Part shown: positions 4,063 to 5,982 of the stretch, one piece after another | Numbering within the stretch: position 1 is the stretch's first letter | How the letters are laid out: each line of letters begins with the position of its first letter | Assembly (NCBI GenBank): GCA_964508215.1 | Contig: CAZDSI010000014.1 | Location: forward strand, 3,673 to 9,654 | Origin: an uncultured Opitutales bacterium | GTDB lineage: Bacteria > Verrucomicrobiota > Verrucomicrobiia > Opitutales > UBA9783 | Reading direction: 5' to 3' | Length of the DNA: 5,982 bases | Made by a program: the position numbers and the translations under genes | Notes under the pieces: generated by a model | What the model was told of the DNA's origin: nothing | The model's database searches: none | The model's input: only the letters and a program-made list of their open reading frames with translations

Positions 4063-5811
4063 TCACTTTAACCGTTTATTTACCTCACTTAAAGGTAATT
4101 CCCACCATAATGGGAGTCCTTCCGGTGAGGTTGTTATATTCTGGCATTTTAATAAGTCATCAAGCAGGCGAGCACATGCGGCTTCGTTTTCAACCGCCAA
4201 ACTTGCCTGAGAAGCAAATAATTTTGCTATGGATTCGTAGGTCCAGTCACAAACATCCAAAACCCCACGAAGCTCAATTAGATTCAGGAGATTGTCTAGA
4301 AATATAGGTTCCTGTCCTGGCTTTACCCATATGGGTAAACTTTCAAGCAAAAAAGCATTTCGGCCAAAACGATGTAACTTGAACCCACAGTTGGTGTTTA
4401 AAAAATCAAGGCTTGCCGCCAATTTTTCCGCCTTAGTTGGTTCTAGCTCAAACGAGTAAGGCATTAGGAGCTCTTGGCTCGGTATGTCGTTTTGTGAAAT
4501 CCTTTGTTTTACCTCTTCGTATACAATACGACGCGATACAGCCTTACAATTTAAAACAATAAGCACATTTGGGGCATCCAATAGTACGTAATCGTTCTTC
4601 CATAAGGTTAAGAAACGCCATGCCTTGATGGGCGAAGTTGATTCTACCGGAGTAACTACAGCAATTTCTTTAGTTTGCCCAAGAACCACTTGCGATTCCA
4701 AGTTATGGGACGGATGTTTTAATAAGTCGGAGCGCAACTCCCTCAATTTTATATTTTCAACGCCCAATGAGGTAGAATCTTCAACGGCAATCTCCGGTAG
4801 AGCCGTTTTTAAGGTTGTAGCCGCCATTTGACTTAAAAATGTCCGAATAGCTTCCAGCACAAAATCACGGATCTGGAATTCGTTTTTGAATCGTACTTCT
4901 TTTTTTGTGGGATGCACGTTGACGTCCACATTTATTGGATCTACATGGATTAGTAAAAAAACACTTGGCGAGACGCCACTTGGTAAAAAACCACGATAAG
5001 ATTCTTTAATAACGCTCGCTAAAAATGCGCTGGCTATGGGACGACGGTTTACAAAAATACGTATCTCAGGAGAAATCGCATCGGTCAAACCCGGTGGAGA
5101 AAGTACACCTTCGAGTTGAACCGTTGCAAAATCTTTTTTAAAACTAACCCACTCTTGTTGAGAACGCCGAGGCCAAATTTCTTTAATACGTGTAAAAATT
5201 GATCGGCACGGTGGAGAAATAAAAATTGTTTTATCGTTTTCTTTTAATTCAAAATAAATACCAGGATGCGCAACAGCATACAAACGTACCAATTGTATAA
5301 TGTTTGCCGACTCCGTGTTGTCGGATTTTAAAAACTTTCGTCGTGCAGGCACATTGTAGAAAAGTTGCTCCACTTGAAAAGTTGAGCCAACATTGCAAAC
5401 GCATGGCCGTTTACTTTTGATCTCACCACCCAAGATTTCGATTTCGGTTCCAAGTTCTTCTTCCGTTGTACGCGTTTGTAAAGAGACTTTCGCCACACTA
5501 GCGATCGAAGGAAGTGCTTCCCCGCGAAACCCAAAGGATTGTACTTGTTGTAGGTCTTCAAAGGCCCTTAATTTACTTGTTGCATAACGTTGAAAACAAA
5601 GCACCGCATCTTCTGGACTCATACCCTTACCGTTATCTTCGACGCGAACGAAACTTTTGCCACCGTTTTTAAAATGAACACTGATTTTAGTGGCGTTGGC
5701 GTCCAAGCTATTTTCCAATAGCTCTTTTACGATGTTCATTGGCCTTTCAATAACTTCCCCAGCAGCAATTTGATTCGCGACATGTTCGGAAATTATTGAA
5801 ATTGTTTTCAT
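4063..5811 (-). CDS. mutL: DNA mismatch repair protein MutL, 582 aa from the ATG at 5811
   Basis: The N-terminus [38 protein letters not shown] parallels E. coli [37 protein letters not shown]. GHKL ATPase motifs are present (ENSLDA, DNGKGM, GFRGEAL), as are the transducer signature [13 protein letters not shown] and a C-terminal dimerisation region with SQELLMP. The tracked ORF extends 12 codons further to a TTG at 5847. The ATG at 5811 gives the canonical N-terminus. Confidence 0.93.
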   Translation of the reverse strand: [582 protein letters not shown]

Positions 5812-5982
5812 AGAACATACCTTTGAAAAGAAGTATACAAATTGCAATAAAAATTAAAAGGGTACCTTTTAAGCTTTGGCATCTGCCTTTCCACTGCTTT
5901 AAGAAAAACTACCAACGTAGATGTTTTTAATTCAAAACGCTTTCGCATTTTTGAGATGCTATTACCGATTTCATATTTGACC
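5808..5982 (-). CDS. Possible 3' end of an unidentified upstream gene (partial, continues beyond the window), with stop overlapping the mutL start
   Basis: The minus-strand frame beginning at 5981 is open for 57 codons (..VKYEIGNSISKMRKRFELKTSTLVVFLKAVERQMPKLKRYPFNFYCNLYTSFQRYVL*). Its TGA (5810-5808) forms an ATGA overlap with the mutL ATG. A stop-free run this long is uncommon in AT-rich sequence. No family is recognised, the tail looks atypical, and a hairpin lies inside it. Confidence 0.3.
   Translation of the reverse strand, partial: VKYEIGNSISKMRKRFELKTSTLVVFLKAVERQMPKLKRYPFNFYCNLYTSFQRYVL
5854..5872 (-). other. 8-bp inverted repeat (TTAAAAGG-GTA-CCTTTTAA) followed on the minus strand by TTTTTATT. 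Possible weak terminator or operator upstream of mutL.
   Basis: Read directly: 5854-5861 pairs with 5865-5872 around a 3-nt loop. Only two G:C pairs are present, so predicted stability is low. It conflicts with the open frame through this region, so both interpretations cannot hold as simple models. Confidence 0.2.

Noticed and set aside
4016-5587. Plus-strand ORFs of 64-68 aa, and a minus-strand out-of-frame 77-aa ORF, within the mutL region (4016-4210, 4110-4307, 4625-4831, 5393-5587, 5328-5561)
   Set aside because: They are embedded in or antisense to the well-supported mutL reading frame, and their translations show no recognisable features. They were treated as spurious.
5812-5847. Extension of the mutL ORF to the tracked start at 5847 (MQFVYFFSKVCS...)
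   Set aside because: The codon at 5847 is TTG, not ATG. The extra 12 residues have no counterpart in MutL proteins. The ATG at 5811 gives the canonical [19 protein letters not shown] N-terminus.

Overview
AT-rich bacterial chromosomal window (GC judged by eye, not computed) with two convergent gene blocks. Plus strand: about 430 nt of non-coding leader, a sigma-70-like promoter, then a tightly packed five-gene motility operon: small 2-TM protein, fliA (sigma-28), motA, motB and an unrecognised 92-aa protein, with junctions of 9, 2, 1 and 6 nt. Minus strand: the open-ended tail of an unidentified ORF whose TGA overlaps the mutL ATG, then mutL, then a 72-aa ORF that carries the only strong Shine-Dalgarno in the window. 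The blocks are separated by a 308-nt T-rich spacer with no recognisable RNA gene or terminator. I found no CRISPR array, IS or transposase, tRNA, rRNA, integrase or recognisable defence gene. I do not see convincing evidence for a wholly new system. The leads most worth follow-up are: (1) the two unrecognised small proteins bracketing fliA-motAB, (2) a MotB whose OmpA-like peptidoglycan-binding signature is largely degenerate, (3) a MutL lacking every endonuclease and zinc motif while keeping the clamp-binding motif, and (4) short repeated motifs in the long operon leader. All homology statements come from reading the translations against remembered family consensus. No database search was run, and taxonomy cannot be assigned from this window.
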